From: Octopus vulgaris
Taxonomy: Eukaryota
Assembly (NCBI GenBank): GCA_951406725.2
Contig: OX597817.1
Span: 18,910,001 to 18,974,000 of the forward strand
Reading direction: 5' to 3'
Length of the DNA: 64,000 nucleotides
Both the position numbers and the translations under genes were made by a program. Positions 39,886 through 53,354 of this stretch are shown here, piece after piece (position 1 is the first letter of the stretch; each line of letters opens with the position of its first letter). The notes under the pieces were generated by a model. It did not search any database. It saw nothing but the letters and a program-made list of their open reading frames with translations, and was not told the DNA's origin.

Positions 39886-40076
39886 CCCCCCCCCCCCCAC
39901 ACACACACGGACAAATACGCACGCACGTGTATGTGTCTGAGTATGAGTGTGTGCGTGTGGTTGTGTGTGCGTGCCTCTAAGTATGTACACGTGTGCGCTT
40001 TTGTTTGAGTGCGTGTGTATATGCATTTCTCGCTTTGTATGTTCGTATGAAGTTAAGTACAGGTTGTCTTATATAT

Positions 40077-40130
<54 letters not shown>

Positions 40131-40134
<4 letters not shown>

Positions 40135-40445
40135 AATCGATAAATGAATAAAACATATGCATATATAGATACATATATGTACGTACCTACCTCTACATGT
40201 ATATATACATACATATATGGGCGACTGAAGAAGGGGAATTTTCCTTGTTTTGTATGTCCTGTACTCTATTTTTTCGTTGTTTAAGAAAAAATATCCATTT
40301 CCTTCGTTTTGTGTTTGTTTTCGTTTCTCATTGTATTCGACGTTTTTTGTGTCCTGTACCCATATATGCATGTATATATACATGTAGAGGTAGGTACGTA
40401 CATATATGTATGTATATATGCATATGTTTTATTTATTTATTAATT
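40131..40445. repeat. Inverted-repeat element related to 15945-16170
   Basis: 40131-40221 is the reverse complement of ~40359-40445 (GTACGTACCTACCTCTACATG). Confidence 0.75.
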
Positions 40446-40513
40446 CATTATATGACGGAACGCACGCATCCATTTCTAAGTAAGATTGTACTTAATATAT
40501 ATATATATATATA

Positions 40514-40652
40514 TAAGAACGTATTTATATTGTCTTTAATGTTGTATATTAGTATTATATATCTGTAATGCCATTCTGCAAATAAACAATCACAGCAATG
40601 AAGCTATGACCTGATGCACTACTAGTTCAGAAAAATGTGAATAAATATGCAT
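40514..40652 (+). repeat. 139-bp segment duplicated at 43445-43583
   Basis: Direct alignment, 4 mismatches by eye. Confidence 0.9.
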
Positions 40653-41019
40653 TAGATTTAAGAAAAGAGTAATCTGAATACTATAGTGTTAAATATATAT
40701 CACTTTTATAGCAAACAAAAAGGCACATTAAAAAGCGCGATATCACTTGTCCTATCCAAGTGAGTCAAAGATATCAAATCCCACCGCTGAATTATATACT
40801 CCAATATTTTCGTAAAAAAGAACAAAAAAACCAATCAACGGATTAAATTGCTGTCATAAATTCGGAAAAACTTACATCATTAAATATTAAATACCTGTAA
40901 GTATGTAAGAATTTACGGGTATGTAAGTACCTGTAAAAATTTAGGTATTCTCTTACATAGCACATAAGATAATAAAAGACTATGTGGGAAAATACACCTG
41001 TGTGTTGTGTGTGTGTGTG

Positions 41020-41070
<51 letters not shown>

Positions 41071-41784
41071 AGAGAGAGAGGGAGAATTTGATGAATTTAT
41101 TTGGGACTCAAATACAGAGAGAAAGGGAAGAGAGAAGCATAATTTTAATCCACTCTAGTAGCTATTTCCCTCTTTCACTTGTTGATGCCTTGAAGATAAT
41201 AAATTTCACAATGTTTCATTCTCTATTCTTTAAAACAGCAGTTTTGCGCCATTTAAAAAAACCAAACGATCTTCAAGGGTTTACTCGAAGAAATCAACCC
41301 CAGTATTTATATTTCTTAAGTCTGGTACTCAGATCTCGGTCTCTTATGCCGATCGGTATAACTGACAGGGATCTGAGCAAGACAACGCCAGTTGTCAAGT
41401 AGTGTTAAGAGATACACTTAAACTCTCTCTCTCTCTCTCACACACACATGTAAATTTTGTGTTACCGGCAGCATTAGCTTCGGAAGTGACGCGAGCATAT
41501 GGCACTTAAGAGTAGAAAATACTGTGAAATATCAGCATATGTCATTCTTATTCTCTTCAAACACGGTTTTGTTTCTTCAGGTTTTAAAATATACTGCGTT
41601 TTTTAAAAAAATTATACGTCTTAGACGAAAAACTGCAACTAAAAGCGTTTAACAACACACATACATTATGTATGTGATATTGATTATGAATAGACACCCA
41701 CAAACACACGCGCACACATAGACAGACACAGGCAAACACACATACATATACGTTCATATACATGTATATATATATATGTAGAAG

Positions 41785-41970
41785 CCCGGGCATTAGTCAT
41801 TAAGGTTTTGTGCTCATGATCGTGAGTTTGTGGTTTCGATTCCTTCAGCAGACTCCAGGCAGCTGGTGAAAAATGAGTATTCCTGCGATGGATTGGGACC
41901 CCGTCTAGGGTGTGAATATATACGCCACGGAACCTGCGAACCCTATCTGACGAAACTTTAGGTTCAAAAT
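41785..41970 (+). mobile_element. Degenerate tRNA-headed SINE
   Basis: B-box GGTTTCGATTCC followed by CCTGCGATGGATTGG. Confidence 0.5.
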
Positions 41971-41998
41971 ATCGGGTTTCCTTTGTCCTTTTCTTTCC

Positions 41999-42033
<35 letters not shown>

Positions 42034-42035
<2 letters not shown>

Positions 42036-42268
42036 GGAGTAAACACATAAATGGGAAACAAGGTGGAAAAAAGAGTACTCAAATACCAGTGGTAGAGTAA
42101 TATGCTTTATTTAAAGCAGCAGAAAATTCAACAAAACCTGTTACTCTGAGTTTTCCGTTGCCGTTCATCGGACAGTTTTTGCTAGATTCTAGCAAAAACT
42201 GTCCGTTGAACGGCAACAGGAAACTCAGAGTAACAGATTTTGTTGAATTTTCTGCTGCTTTAAATAAA
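42034..42268. mobile_element. Palindromic element (81-bp arms, 42106-42268) carrying degenerate CCGAUGA hammerheads
   Basis: Symmetry axis at 42187; the two arms together give CTGT-CCGATGA-..-GAA-ACTCAGAGT-A-ACAG; TA tracts on both sides. Confidence 0.7.
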
Positions 42269-42271
42269 AAA

Positions 42272-42347
<76 letters not shown>

Positions 42348-43589
42348 GGGAGGGAGTATAAATGGGATAAGTTATCCTGGTGTATACCGTATTATCTCTC
42401 AAATTGGTTTAGTACTCAAGCATAGAAAGAGATCCTGGTACTGGTAACTTCACTCGTTGAGTAATTCGGTTTTCCTATTTAGAAACGTCAAATATTCAGT
42501 ATATATATATATATATATATACATGCGTGTGCACGTAAAGATAGATATAAATAGATAGAGAGATCGGGAGAGAGACCAAGAGAAAGAGAGAGTCCTCAAT
42601 GTTGTTTCCTTATGAAGACAATGTAAGAATAGAATAAAAGCAACGAATCTAAAATATCAATTTAACTTGAAACATTGCTTTTGTCACTTTTATGTATTTT
42701 TTTCATTTCAGTGTGATATAAATAAATATCTAATCAATAATGGATATCTAAACTAGTCATTCAATTTTTTACTTCCACGAATATCATTTAAATTGTAATC
42801 TGTATACATCTACGTCCTCCTTCGTAGAGGTGTAACTCTTTTAAGATATGATAATGCTTAATAACCTGAAATACTTAAAATGTAATTTAAAGGGTAAAAC
42901 TTGAATCATGAAGTTGTATTATAGAGAAACAAATTAACACACTGTCTGAGCTCCGTCTGTTCGAGTTGCTAGATGTACTCAGTGCAAAATATTAAATTTT
43001 CGCTTTTATAGTAACATTTTTTCTTTCTGCTAACCAGGTCGATATGGTATTAAATGATTTTATAAGCTCCATCAAATAGATAAACGCTGATAGGAGCAAG
43101 TGCAGAAATTAGAAACAAAGCACTGGAATGGAGAACTGCGAAGAAAATTTCTGGACTAGAAACTAGCTATTTCTTGGTGTTTGGCTTAGGGCAGAGTAGC
43201 TGTGAAGATCGAATTATCAATTTCTTGCTTTGGAAATATTCTTCCTTGGTTTCTTCTTAATATGATGGCAGTTAAAGCACGTATAGTATGCACACTTGTT
43301 GTGGAAATAGAGACAACTAAGTCTTATATTAAAACATATATGTGCGTGTGTGCTTGTACGTGCGTGTGTGTATATATATGTATGTATAATTGTGTGCCGT
43401 GTGTATGGGACGTATGTGTGGGTATATATATTTATATATATATATAAGAACGTATTTATATTGTCTTTAATGTTGTATATTAGTATTATATATCTGTAAT
43501 GGCATTCTACAAATAAACAATCACAGCAATGAAGCTATGACCTGATGCACAACTAGTTCAGAACAATGTGAATAAATATGCATCAGTAT

Positions 43590-45230
43590 ATTCGATGATG
43601 GGCAATGAGCTATAAGTGATGGAAGAACTCTCCGTTTTTGGTCAACAGAAACAATTTACTATAATGCTGAAAAACTTAAAACACATGCTTAATGTGTAGC
43701 GTCTTTTGCAAAGCTAATTAGGAAGAGAAGTAGTATAAGGGAAAAAATATTAAAAAAAACTTCTCAACATATGGAGAAACGACATGCATCAGTGTAACTC
43801 TGAATGACTTTGTGGATATCTTTATATATAAAAGTGAAGTTGTGTGAGTGTCTGTCTCCTCCGATTTAGATTCCTAACTACTCCCACATTTTGCGGTGCA
43901 GTTTAACCAAAACCGGGTATCTTATAATCGTGATTCATATCGAGCCCTTCTGGGTATTAGCGCGCGTCTATGATGAGTCTACGATTTTAAAAATAATTTA
44001 CCATAATTTTTTCCATTTTAAATCATATTTTTTAAATAAAGGGAAGTAACTCTCTAAAAATGTCTACGATGAGTCAACGATTTAAAAAAAAATTTACCAT
44101 AATTTTTTTCCATTTTAAATCATATTTTTTAAATAAAGGGAAGTAACTCTCTAAAAATGTCTACGATGAGTCAACGATTTAAAAAAAAATTACCATAATT
44201 TTTTTTCCATTTTTAATACATTTTTTGCTGTTTTTTTTGGCTATAACTCTCTAAAAATGCTTTATAGTTATTTCCCTTACAAACCCGAGCAACGCCGGGC
44301 GATACTGCTAGTTGTAGAGAAAACACAAGTTTCTACTCTTAAGAATGAATACATCATGGCAACACACGATCGATTTCAGCGTTTTAAGTATCGCTCAATA
44401 TTGCTTAATACACAGACGACAGGAACGTCTTCACGTGGCGACAAAGAATGAGCAGCTGTTCTACTTGATTCACGGTAAAATTTATTGCTCCGGGAGTTCG
44501 AGACTGGCTCGTTTTGAAATCGAATGCTAAAATAACGTATATTTCTAAGGAATGAAACTCAGCACTTGGTTTCAATGCTATAAAAGCTGTATTACTATCT
44601 TAGTAATACTTTAGATCCCAAACAGAAGCCACTATTTACCAATTGGACATACAAATGCCTATGAGCTGATACTCTAAAATTCACGTTTCTGTTATGTGGC
44701 GATCGAATAACGAACAGAGGATTATCAAAAGAGTGTTAGATTTATTTTGGATTTCTGCCGATCCATCAAATAATTTTGTTAGGGTAAGAACCCTAAAAAA
44801 ACAAAGCTTTGCTTCATGCAGAGCATGTTCCAGGTCACTCATCTAACGTGGGTGAACTGAACGATAAAGTTGAAATAGCTTTTCTTCTTCAAAAAGCAAC
44901 TCGGATGAGTCATCCTTTGGAACTAATGGTTATTGATACGTTCGATATTTACTAATAACGGCGCATAATGCAAGTAAACGAATTGTGAAGTAATTTTGAT
45001 ATGGTTACAATATAATGATTGCTATTGAAAATTTAACAGTAACGAAATTGCAGATTCTCTGGTTAATTAAGACCCGAAGTAGAATGTTCATTAGCAGATT
45101 TAGGTGATAGAGCAGGTTGGAATAATCATATGTTGAAGAAGAGTGAATGGTGTCATACTGAACAAGCTAGAACGAATCATAAAGGGGCAGAAATCCCCCA
45201 AAATAAGCGATTCGATTAAGCGAAACTCAT
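43590..45230 (+). pseudogene. Tigger/pogo-type transposase relic split by Helitron copy 3
   Basis: AKLIRKRSSI, MATHDRFQRFKYR..TGTSSRGDKE (ASxGWFxRFK-like), VMWRSN, KALLHAEHVPGH..VEIAFLLQKATRMSHPLELMVIDTF (LDNAPGH..FLPPNTTS..QPMDQGVI-like). Confidence 0.75.
43819..44311 (+). mobile_element. Non-autonomous Helitron, copy 3 (extra internal ~97-bp repeat)
   Basis: A|TC...CCCGAGCAACGCCGGG...CTAG|T; GATGAGTC unit present three times versus twice in copies 1 and 2. Confidence 0.92.
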
Positions 45231-45342
45231 GAAATATGTATCAAACAGAAAATGTGTATTTGAGGCCGGTTGTATCAACTAAAGCCATTGGAATAGTTAT
45301 CCCAGCATAGCTGAAAAAAGTAAAGGGATATTACGCTATAAG

Positions 45343-45392
<50 letters not shown>

Positions 45393-45499
45393 CAAGATGC
45401 ATACACATTCTCTGTCTCACACACAAACATACGTATGCATCCATGTATCTATGTATAAATATCTGTGTATGTATTTCTCACTCTTTCTCTTTATATATT

Positions 45500-45543
<44 letters not shown>

Positions 45544-46508
45544 CATGTATGTATTTATGCATTTATGTATGTATGTATATTTACATACAAATGCCTACGT
45601 TCAATTGCCAAAGTTGTTTTTTTATATCATCGTGCATGAATTATATAGTGCTTTCGATTGAAACCGAAATACAATTTTCCTCTGCAAATATTGGTCTCAT
45701 GACTATTGAAACCAAATCGATATGAAAAATAATATTGGAAGTGACATAAATTGTGAAATAAGTTCCATAATGTTTGGAACCATGAAGTCAATATCCATAT
45801 TCAATATGACGACATATAATTTAACTTACGCGGTTAATGCTTTTGAGATGTGCACGGGTCTCATGTTTACAATTTCCTCTTCTATTAAATAAGGGCTTTG
45901 TGCCTAGTTAATTATAAATCAATATTCAAATCTAGCATGGTAACCAATCAGATGGAACAGAAATATGAATAATATTCATAGATAAAAGAAATACCATAAA
46001 CTATTCTCATGTCTCCATCTTCAATAATCCCACAACTTCGCTGGATCGAATCAACGGATTAGCGTGCGTGGTCGAATAACCTGCTGGGCATGTCATTAGC
46101 AGTCAAATAAAACTCAGATCACGCTCTGATATTTTAAATGCAAGATGATCAGAGCCTGAGTGATCCTGATCATTGATCTGATGAAGTAGTGCAGAGTTTA
46201 GTCTCATCAACAACCAAAGCAATATACGGAAGCGTCAAAAACCATTACACCGACATTTATACGGAATGAAAAGCTAAGATATAAAGGAGAAATAGAAAAG
46301 CAAAAATTAGTTTCAAAGTTACGTCTCTGATACATAAAATGCCTTTCTATCAATCATTACTTAGTGAAGAAAACCATTTTTTCTACAAAATTTGTATAAA
46401 ATATTAAAAGAATCAGAACAAAAAATTACGAAGCATGTGAAGTTTATAGCATATGATTCCTTCGAAAAAAAAAATGTAAATAAGCAGCTGCAATTTATAA
46501 TTATACGT

Positions 46509-46509
<1 letters not shown>

Positions 46510-46594
<85 letters not shown>

Positions 46595-46862
46595 ACACCA
46601 CCCACACCTACACTCACATTTTTGTGTGAATCACATGTGTCAATTGATATATATATACCATAGTAACGATACACCCGCACATACGTATACTGCAGTAAAT
46701 ACTGACATTCAAACACACACACACACACACACACACACATTAGTATATATACAGACATAAATATACACCCATGAACATACTAATACGTACTAGCATATGC
46801 ATACTTAGAAACGAACATTCATGAGAGAGAGAACTATAAGAGAGCGAGAGAAAGAGAGAGAA

Positions 46863-46906
<44 letters not shown>

Positions 46907-47027
46907 GGAATAGGAAGAGAAGATTTGGTCAAAAAATCTGTTACAGAACATATTTTTATATTTATATGAATCGGTGTACGAGAGTGCGTGCTTATATAGA
47001 CAACCAATAATTTACTATGAATACACC

Positions 47028-47100
<73 letters not shown>

Positions 47101-47166
47101 CGTATATATTGCGAGTGAGTGTATGGACAATATAAGTTCTCTCTATAAGCACGTAGACCCGTACAG

Positions 47167-47230
<64 letters not shown>

Positions 47231-47278
47231 ATGATATTTATATATATATGTATGTATGATATACATATATATATATAT

Positions 47279-47321
<43 letters not shown>

Positions 47322-47350
47322 CGTACATATATACATACATACGTATATAT
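46510..47350. repeat. Microsatellite cluster (CA)n, (AG)n, (TA)n, (CTAT)n
   Basis: Direct observation. Confidence 0.95.
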
Positions 47351-48149
47351 ATACGTAACTCTATGTGTATATATACATTGAAAAATATATCTGTATATAT
47401 TCATATTATCCCATTGCTTTCTCATTTATTTCAGACAGTAAAATGATTGCAAATCTTTCTCACGTAAACTAAAATTCTATTTGACATAAATGTCCCCAAG
47501 ATATTCTTATGTATCTATTAGTCATGTCGATATTCTTATTTTATATATATTTTGTGATGTCTTCATGTTTATTGTATTTTTTTCTAATGTCTAAGCTAGC
47601 TGTTTTTTTTGGTGCGCGCGCACATAAAACACACGCAAAAAAGAAAAATATATAAAAGATTTGCATACATATAGAATAAAAAATTGAAACAAATAAAAAA
47701 AAAAGATCTTTTTAAGACATAGATGTGTCAGAGTAATGCATTAATTATTGAACTAGTTTGCTGCTTTTATATAGATTTATTTTTAAACAAGAATTACAAA
47801 ACTACAAAACTCAAAATCTAAATTTATTAGTATAAACAAAAAATACAAAACCTGTGAAACACAATATACTAAAATAATCGATATAAATATGTAATTGATT
47901 TCAAAGTGCAATGTATTAAATAATGAAATATATTTTTCTCGATATATTATTTATGTTTTCTAACTTTTTTCTTTCTATATATTTTCTTCGATTATTTAAA
48001 ACAATATATATGCATACTCACACAGAAATCACGCAGACTCATATATCGCGACATATGTTCTGATTAGAGCATCACCAACAGATCCTCACCTTACTTAGCT
48101 GGTGCTCGTAATTGCCAGCTCGGACTCTGTGAAAGACTGCGTATTCTCC

Positions 48150-48830
48150 ACTAATCTGCAGTACCCATCAATAGCAAAAACGATATGTCTGGTTGTTGCC
48201 ACCAGATGAACGCCCTCTTGGGAACTTCGAGCAAGTGATCGCCAACAGTATAAGGGGGTGTATCTTGGGTTCGATCTCCAGTATCTTCAGAATATTTGCC
48301 TCACAAATTCCACTGCAGATCCACTGGTGTTTCTTTCAACTTCTCCCTATTGTCATATAAATATAGTGCTGGCCGCTTTCCACGCAATGCCGCACTTAAC
48401 GAAATCATAAAGCATAACCTAGACGCCAAAGGCTTCCCTCTCAGCTCAAATCAGCGGGGTTATACCGAAGAGGAAATGAAAGGCCTGACGGTATGACAAT
48501 TTTCTCGGTCCGTAACGATCTTGGATATACATGCTGTGACACCACCAGCAGTAAATTGGTGTGTTCAGCATGAAGCTGAGAAAAAGAAACTGAGAAAATA
48601 TTGATCACATTCTGACATGTTTATGGTCGAGCCTATGGCAGTGGAGACTCCTGGCGTTCACGGCCCCTGGACACTGCTCACTTCTATCGAGGCAAGGATG
48701 GCTATTTGCAAGTGCAAGTCCTCTGAGTCAGAGCAGCTGTTCCAGCGAATCTCCCGTACCATTCTCCAGGGCAATTCCTTTTCCAGTTTGTCTGTTTGGA
48801 CCACGAGGCGGTCTGAATTATTGGGAATCG
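48150..48830 (+). mobile_element. Decayed CRE-like RLE LINE 3' end
   Basis: SYKYSAGRFPRNAALNEIIK, RGNERPDGMTIF, EPMAVETPGVHGP, LFQRISRTILQGN. Confidence 0.8.
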
Positions 48831-49015
48831 AGAGAATGTAAAATTTCGTAGATTACTACTCGTACTTAGTAAACCATCGATTTCCTTCCGAAGGACTTCT
48901 AAAGAATATATATGAAGGAGAGGGTATCTAACCGCTTCCCGCATAGACCTCAAATTGACATTCCAACTTTATGTATCATCTGTAATTATCCATGGCCCTC
49001 TTTATATGTGTGCGT

Positions 49016-49052
<37 letters not shown>

Positions 49053-49056
<4 letters not shown>

Positions 49057-49753
49057 GAGGCTGCGGTGAATATATTGTCGTCTAAATTACGCAAAATTGA
49101 AAATGACGCTGATATCCCATTTTAACAGATACATTTACCAAAATTACATAAAATATTTTGAAATACTAAAGAGTAAATTTATTCAATAAACTCCTCATTG
49201 GCTTCAACCACGGCCTCCAGACGACTTCGGAATCTCCTGCAACTTTTCTGGACGGTTTCTTGGTTTAAGTTGGTGAATGCTGCCATAATCTTAATCTTTA
49301 GAACATCTTTGGTGTTACAAGGTGTTATACTTGTAACAAATCAAGAACTCCGACAAATATATGCACTAAATTGCTGCTCTTGCTGCCTTCTTGCTCAACA
49401 TACGACTCAGTAGGATATATTCTACGTTCCTCTTATCTTAAGCAATAATGTGGAAACACCTTTGATACCTAAGTACAATAAAGCATTAGTTATATAACGT
49501 GGGATATCTTGCCTTTGAAGACTGTATGGGTTTTAATAAAATACTCTTACTTGTAGACCCGACGGCCATTGATATTTAAGTCGGACTTCAATTTTAGTGA
49601 CTGGGAAAGTTACGGTAATCTATTTTTGAATTTCATTTTAGTATTCTTTTTATTATTATAACGATTCTATGAAGAGAATAACTAGTTAAATTACAGCTTA
49701 GCAACTGTATTATTTCAACGACATATGGTGATAATAATTCACAACGGCCTTTT
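49053..49753 (-). mobile_element. Tc1/mariner-derived internally deleted element
   Basis: Minus strand CRRFRSRLEAVVEANEEFIE* (transposase C-terminus-like); imperfect TIRs AAAGAGGCTGCGGTGAATATATTGTC / GATAATAATTCACAACGGCCTTTT. Confidence 0.65.
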
Positions 49754-52274
49754 GGTCACCTCATCGATAAACTATTCAGGGACATAATATTTGTACAATA
49801 TATTTGGATGTCGAGTCAATGAGGGGGAGAGCCGTTTTTAACCAAACTAAATTCGCATGTAGTTATTCGAGATAAGATGTAAAAAAAAAAAAAAAACTCT
49901 TTAAATTTAACAACTTACGGTCCATGTTTGATTATGCTATAGAAAATTTGCTTTCATTGTCATGAAGTAACGGTGCTGCTGTCAGAATACGAACTACCGG
50001 TATTCACGGTTAGAATCAAATTAACTATCAACTCGACCAGCTTCAATTATCGTTACGGAGGAGAGGCTGGTTAAAATCTAGTGTTTAAAATCTACAAATT
50101 TTTCTTTATTATTTTGCTTTCATTATTCTACGTAGTAAATCGAAAATGCTAAAAACACACCATCCTGTTTCCTTTCATATTGTAAAATCTTATTGTTTGA
50201 TTTCGATGTCTTAATTAACAGGGTTAAGTGAATTAGCCATAAGTGAATAAATAACCAAATAGAAAACTGAAAGGAAAATAATCAACATACACGTGATATT
50301 CATTCCTGATTAAAGCTCCAAATTTTTTTTAATAATACTTGTTATTTATTTAAATAGTAAAATACGTTTAAAACTTTTGTTTGGAGTCTGAGACATGACA
50401 GGAACTTAATTTCGAGTTACCAATCATGATGACATCGAGTGGAAGAATCGATCTTTCAGATACATTGTCGGGTCAAAGGTTCGTGCATGTATTTAATGAT
50501 TTTTAACAGCTGTTATATTGTGATTCAAGCTACACTGATCGGAGGGTGGCATGGGATGCTAATAACGCCTGCCAAGCTACGTGGAAGCCTTTTAATCTGA
50601 AGTGAGTCACTTTATAATTTGACTATGGTGTCAGCCAGCTTGCCTCTAGGTGATGTTCGATTTTTGGAAGGAACGAAAGCAAAATTAAAATTTCACATGA
50701 CTTTGCTATAGCAGGTCAAAAGTACAGTACTCCGATACACTGAAGTGGTGAATGCAGGTTTATCATATAAATTTGTAGGTTTGATATATTGTTGCTTTTG
50801 TGTTGTTGGTTGTTTTTCAGTAATCTTGGTCACCTGTTAATAATATAACAACATAACGATTTACAGTCTTCAATCTTAAACTAGATTACTCCGTCTTTAT
50901 TTAGTTATTGTCCGCGCTGTTCTCGGTTTAGCTATGAACGAGCAAACCTATCAGCACAGACATTCCATCCGTGACTATTTCATCTCATTTTCAGGTATAG
51001 TGTATCCAGAAACACTTTATTTGATATATTTTGTTTCTCGAGACGTCAGATTGTCACTTGCAAACGATTTACAACGACTTTATAATATGCTTCTTTGTTT
51101 TTATCTTTTAAGTATTAGGTACTGAAGCGTACAGATGACCAATAAGATGCCGACGACCGCTTTGTTCAAAGCCTCCCTGGACCTCAAGTGGCCTGAACTC
51201 TTTACATGAACACCACCCTGTACTTAACTCCATGTCCCCCTACATGGCCTTGCTATTTGCTTTTGAGCCAAATTAACTAACTAACTAACTAACTAACTAA
51301 TTTGATACGATAGCAGAGAAAGGGCACAGAGTTTCGTAACCTCTGATTACGACTATTTTATTTTTTCTGCAGCTAGGGTTATTTTACTCAGTCTTTATAT
51401 CTTAATACATCTGTAACAGAGTATGGACAACTCTTGCATCATACTGAAATAAGACGATCGTAAATTATCAAGCCAATTGCTTAATGATAACAAATCTGTT
51501 GATCCGGTATTTCCCATTATAATACCATTACTTAAACGTCTCCATAGATTAATTCTCACCTAATATTTAACCGTCCAACAACCTAAATACAAATAAGCAG
51601 AGTAAATCGACACAACTCAATCTTGTACATAGAAAAACAATACAAATAGTGTTAATTAGTATGGATCACTATGTTCAGATCTGGCTGCGAGAAATGATAA
51701 CTGCGATGGAAATTTATCATGTACAAAGTCTGGATTTTAGTTTCATCGATTTCATCGACAACACTAAGGATTTCGAGGTTTAATGAAATGAATTAATGAA
51801 TTTCCATATTACCATAGAGCTTCTATGTATGACTTCTACGCATGTTGAAGCCGAACACAGGAGCATTTCAATTTAGAATGATATACGTGGGTGAATGCTG
51901 ATAAAAAGGAACAAATTTTAGCGACAATAATTCTTTCTGACACAGGCACAAGGCTAGAAACTTGAGTGAAAGGTGTTACTAGTTACATGACTAGTACTTT
52001 ACTTTACTGACTCTGGAAGGTAAAATAAAAGGTAAAGTTGGTCGCGTTGGGATATGAACTCAGATTTCAGTTAGTCCGAATATATATCTGAACCACTTTA
52101 TCCAACGTCATTTCTATTTAACCATTTAAAAAAATCAACCATCCTCCAGCATAATTCCATTAATAAGTCAGGGCATGGAAAAACACACAATCACTGCAGG
52201 TTTAAAATACATGTGGGAAAACTAGGACAAACAAAACGTATGAATAAAATGAAATGAAATAAATTGCATATAGT

Positions 52275-52805
52275 TAACTGATCTTCACTGACTGAAAGTG
52301 ATATATTCATATTTTGAATTAGTATAAAAGATGGGAGGTAGCAAATATTCTGCTCAGTACCACTAATTTGCTTGTCAGTTGCTTTACCTTCACTAGTTGA
52401 GTATTCTCCTTAGAGGCTGACGATATGTGCATCTCTGATCATGAGTAGGAGTGGTGAGGGTGCATCGTAACCATGTTCTCGGTGGAATGCTTGAGAGTTT
52501 GAATAAGTCAACTCAGGAAACATGTGTGTTTCGTTCATCATCCTTAAACAAATCTTATTCAGGGTTCTTTTGAGCAGTATGGGCTACTCGACGTGAAGGA
52601 AATTCTAACTGGCCCCTCCTAAACAGATTTGTTATCATTAAGAAATTGGCTTGATAACTTACCATCGTCTTATTTCAGTATGATGCAAGAGTTGTCCATA
52701 CTCCTCCTAAAAGCTTGTACTGATATGAGACACCATGTCGCGTAGGCTTCGTATGTTGCATTCCAGTATCACTTTGACGGCATGCATTGCTCTCTCACTC
52801 ACTCA
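52275..52805 (+). mobile_element. Diverged copy of the 36150-36708 element, followed by (TAA)n
   Basis: Shared blocks listed for 36150; carries an 82-bp foreign insert. Confidence 0.75.
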
Positions 52806-52840
<35 letters not shown>

Positions 52841-53354
52841 TATTATAGAGCTCGACGCTATCAAAGGACGGGTATTGGATAACAGCAGCAGAGGAAACGA
52901 GAAAAATACAGTTCTTACTGACAAATGTAATCTCATAGTACAAACAGCGGTGAAATTTTTAATAATCCTCAGGAAAAGAACAGTGATAGCTTGCTCGATG
53001 AGAGACATATCTGGAAGAAGACAATAAAACTAATGGTCGTATGACAGATGAGCAATAGGCATTCTACGATAGAATAAAGGCAAGCCTACAGGAGAACAGG
53101 AGCGACATTATTTGGAAACTTAAAAGGGTTGATCGGTGGAAATTGAACCAAGAAACGAAAAATGTCAATAAAATTCTGAAATATATCACAACAAAAAACG
53201 TCACAGAAACAAATAATTTGATCAGAGCAACAACTATTGTTATAGCAGAAAATGTGGTTGTTGATGTCAAGAAAAGAAATATAATGGGAATGACAGAAGA
53301 AAAGAAGCATACAGGCAGAATTAGATATGCTCTCGAAGGACATTTTTGTGTTAC

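Noticed and set aside
43810-44320. TTGTGGATA / TTGTAGAGA as a TSD of Helitron copy 3
   Set aside because: Only 7 of 9 match in AT-rich DNA, and the flanks rejoin as contiguous Tigger sequence
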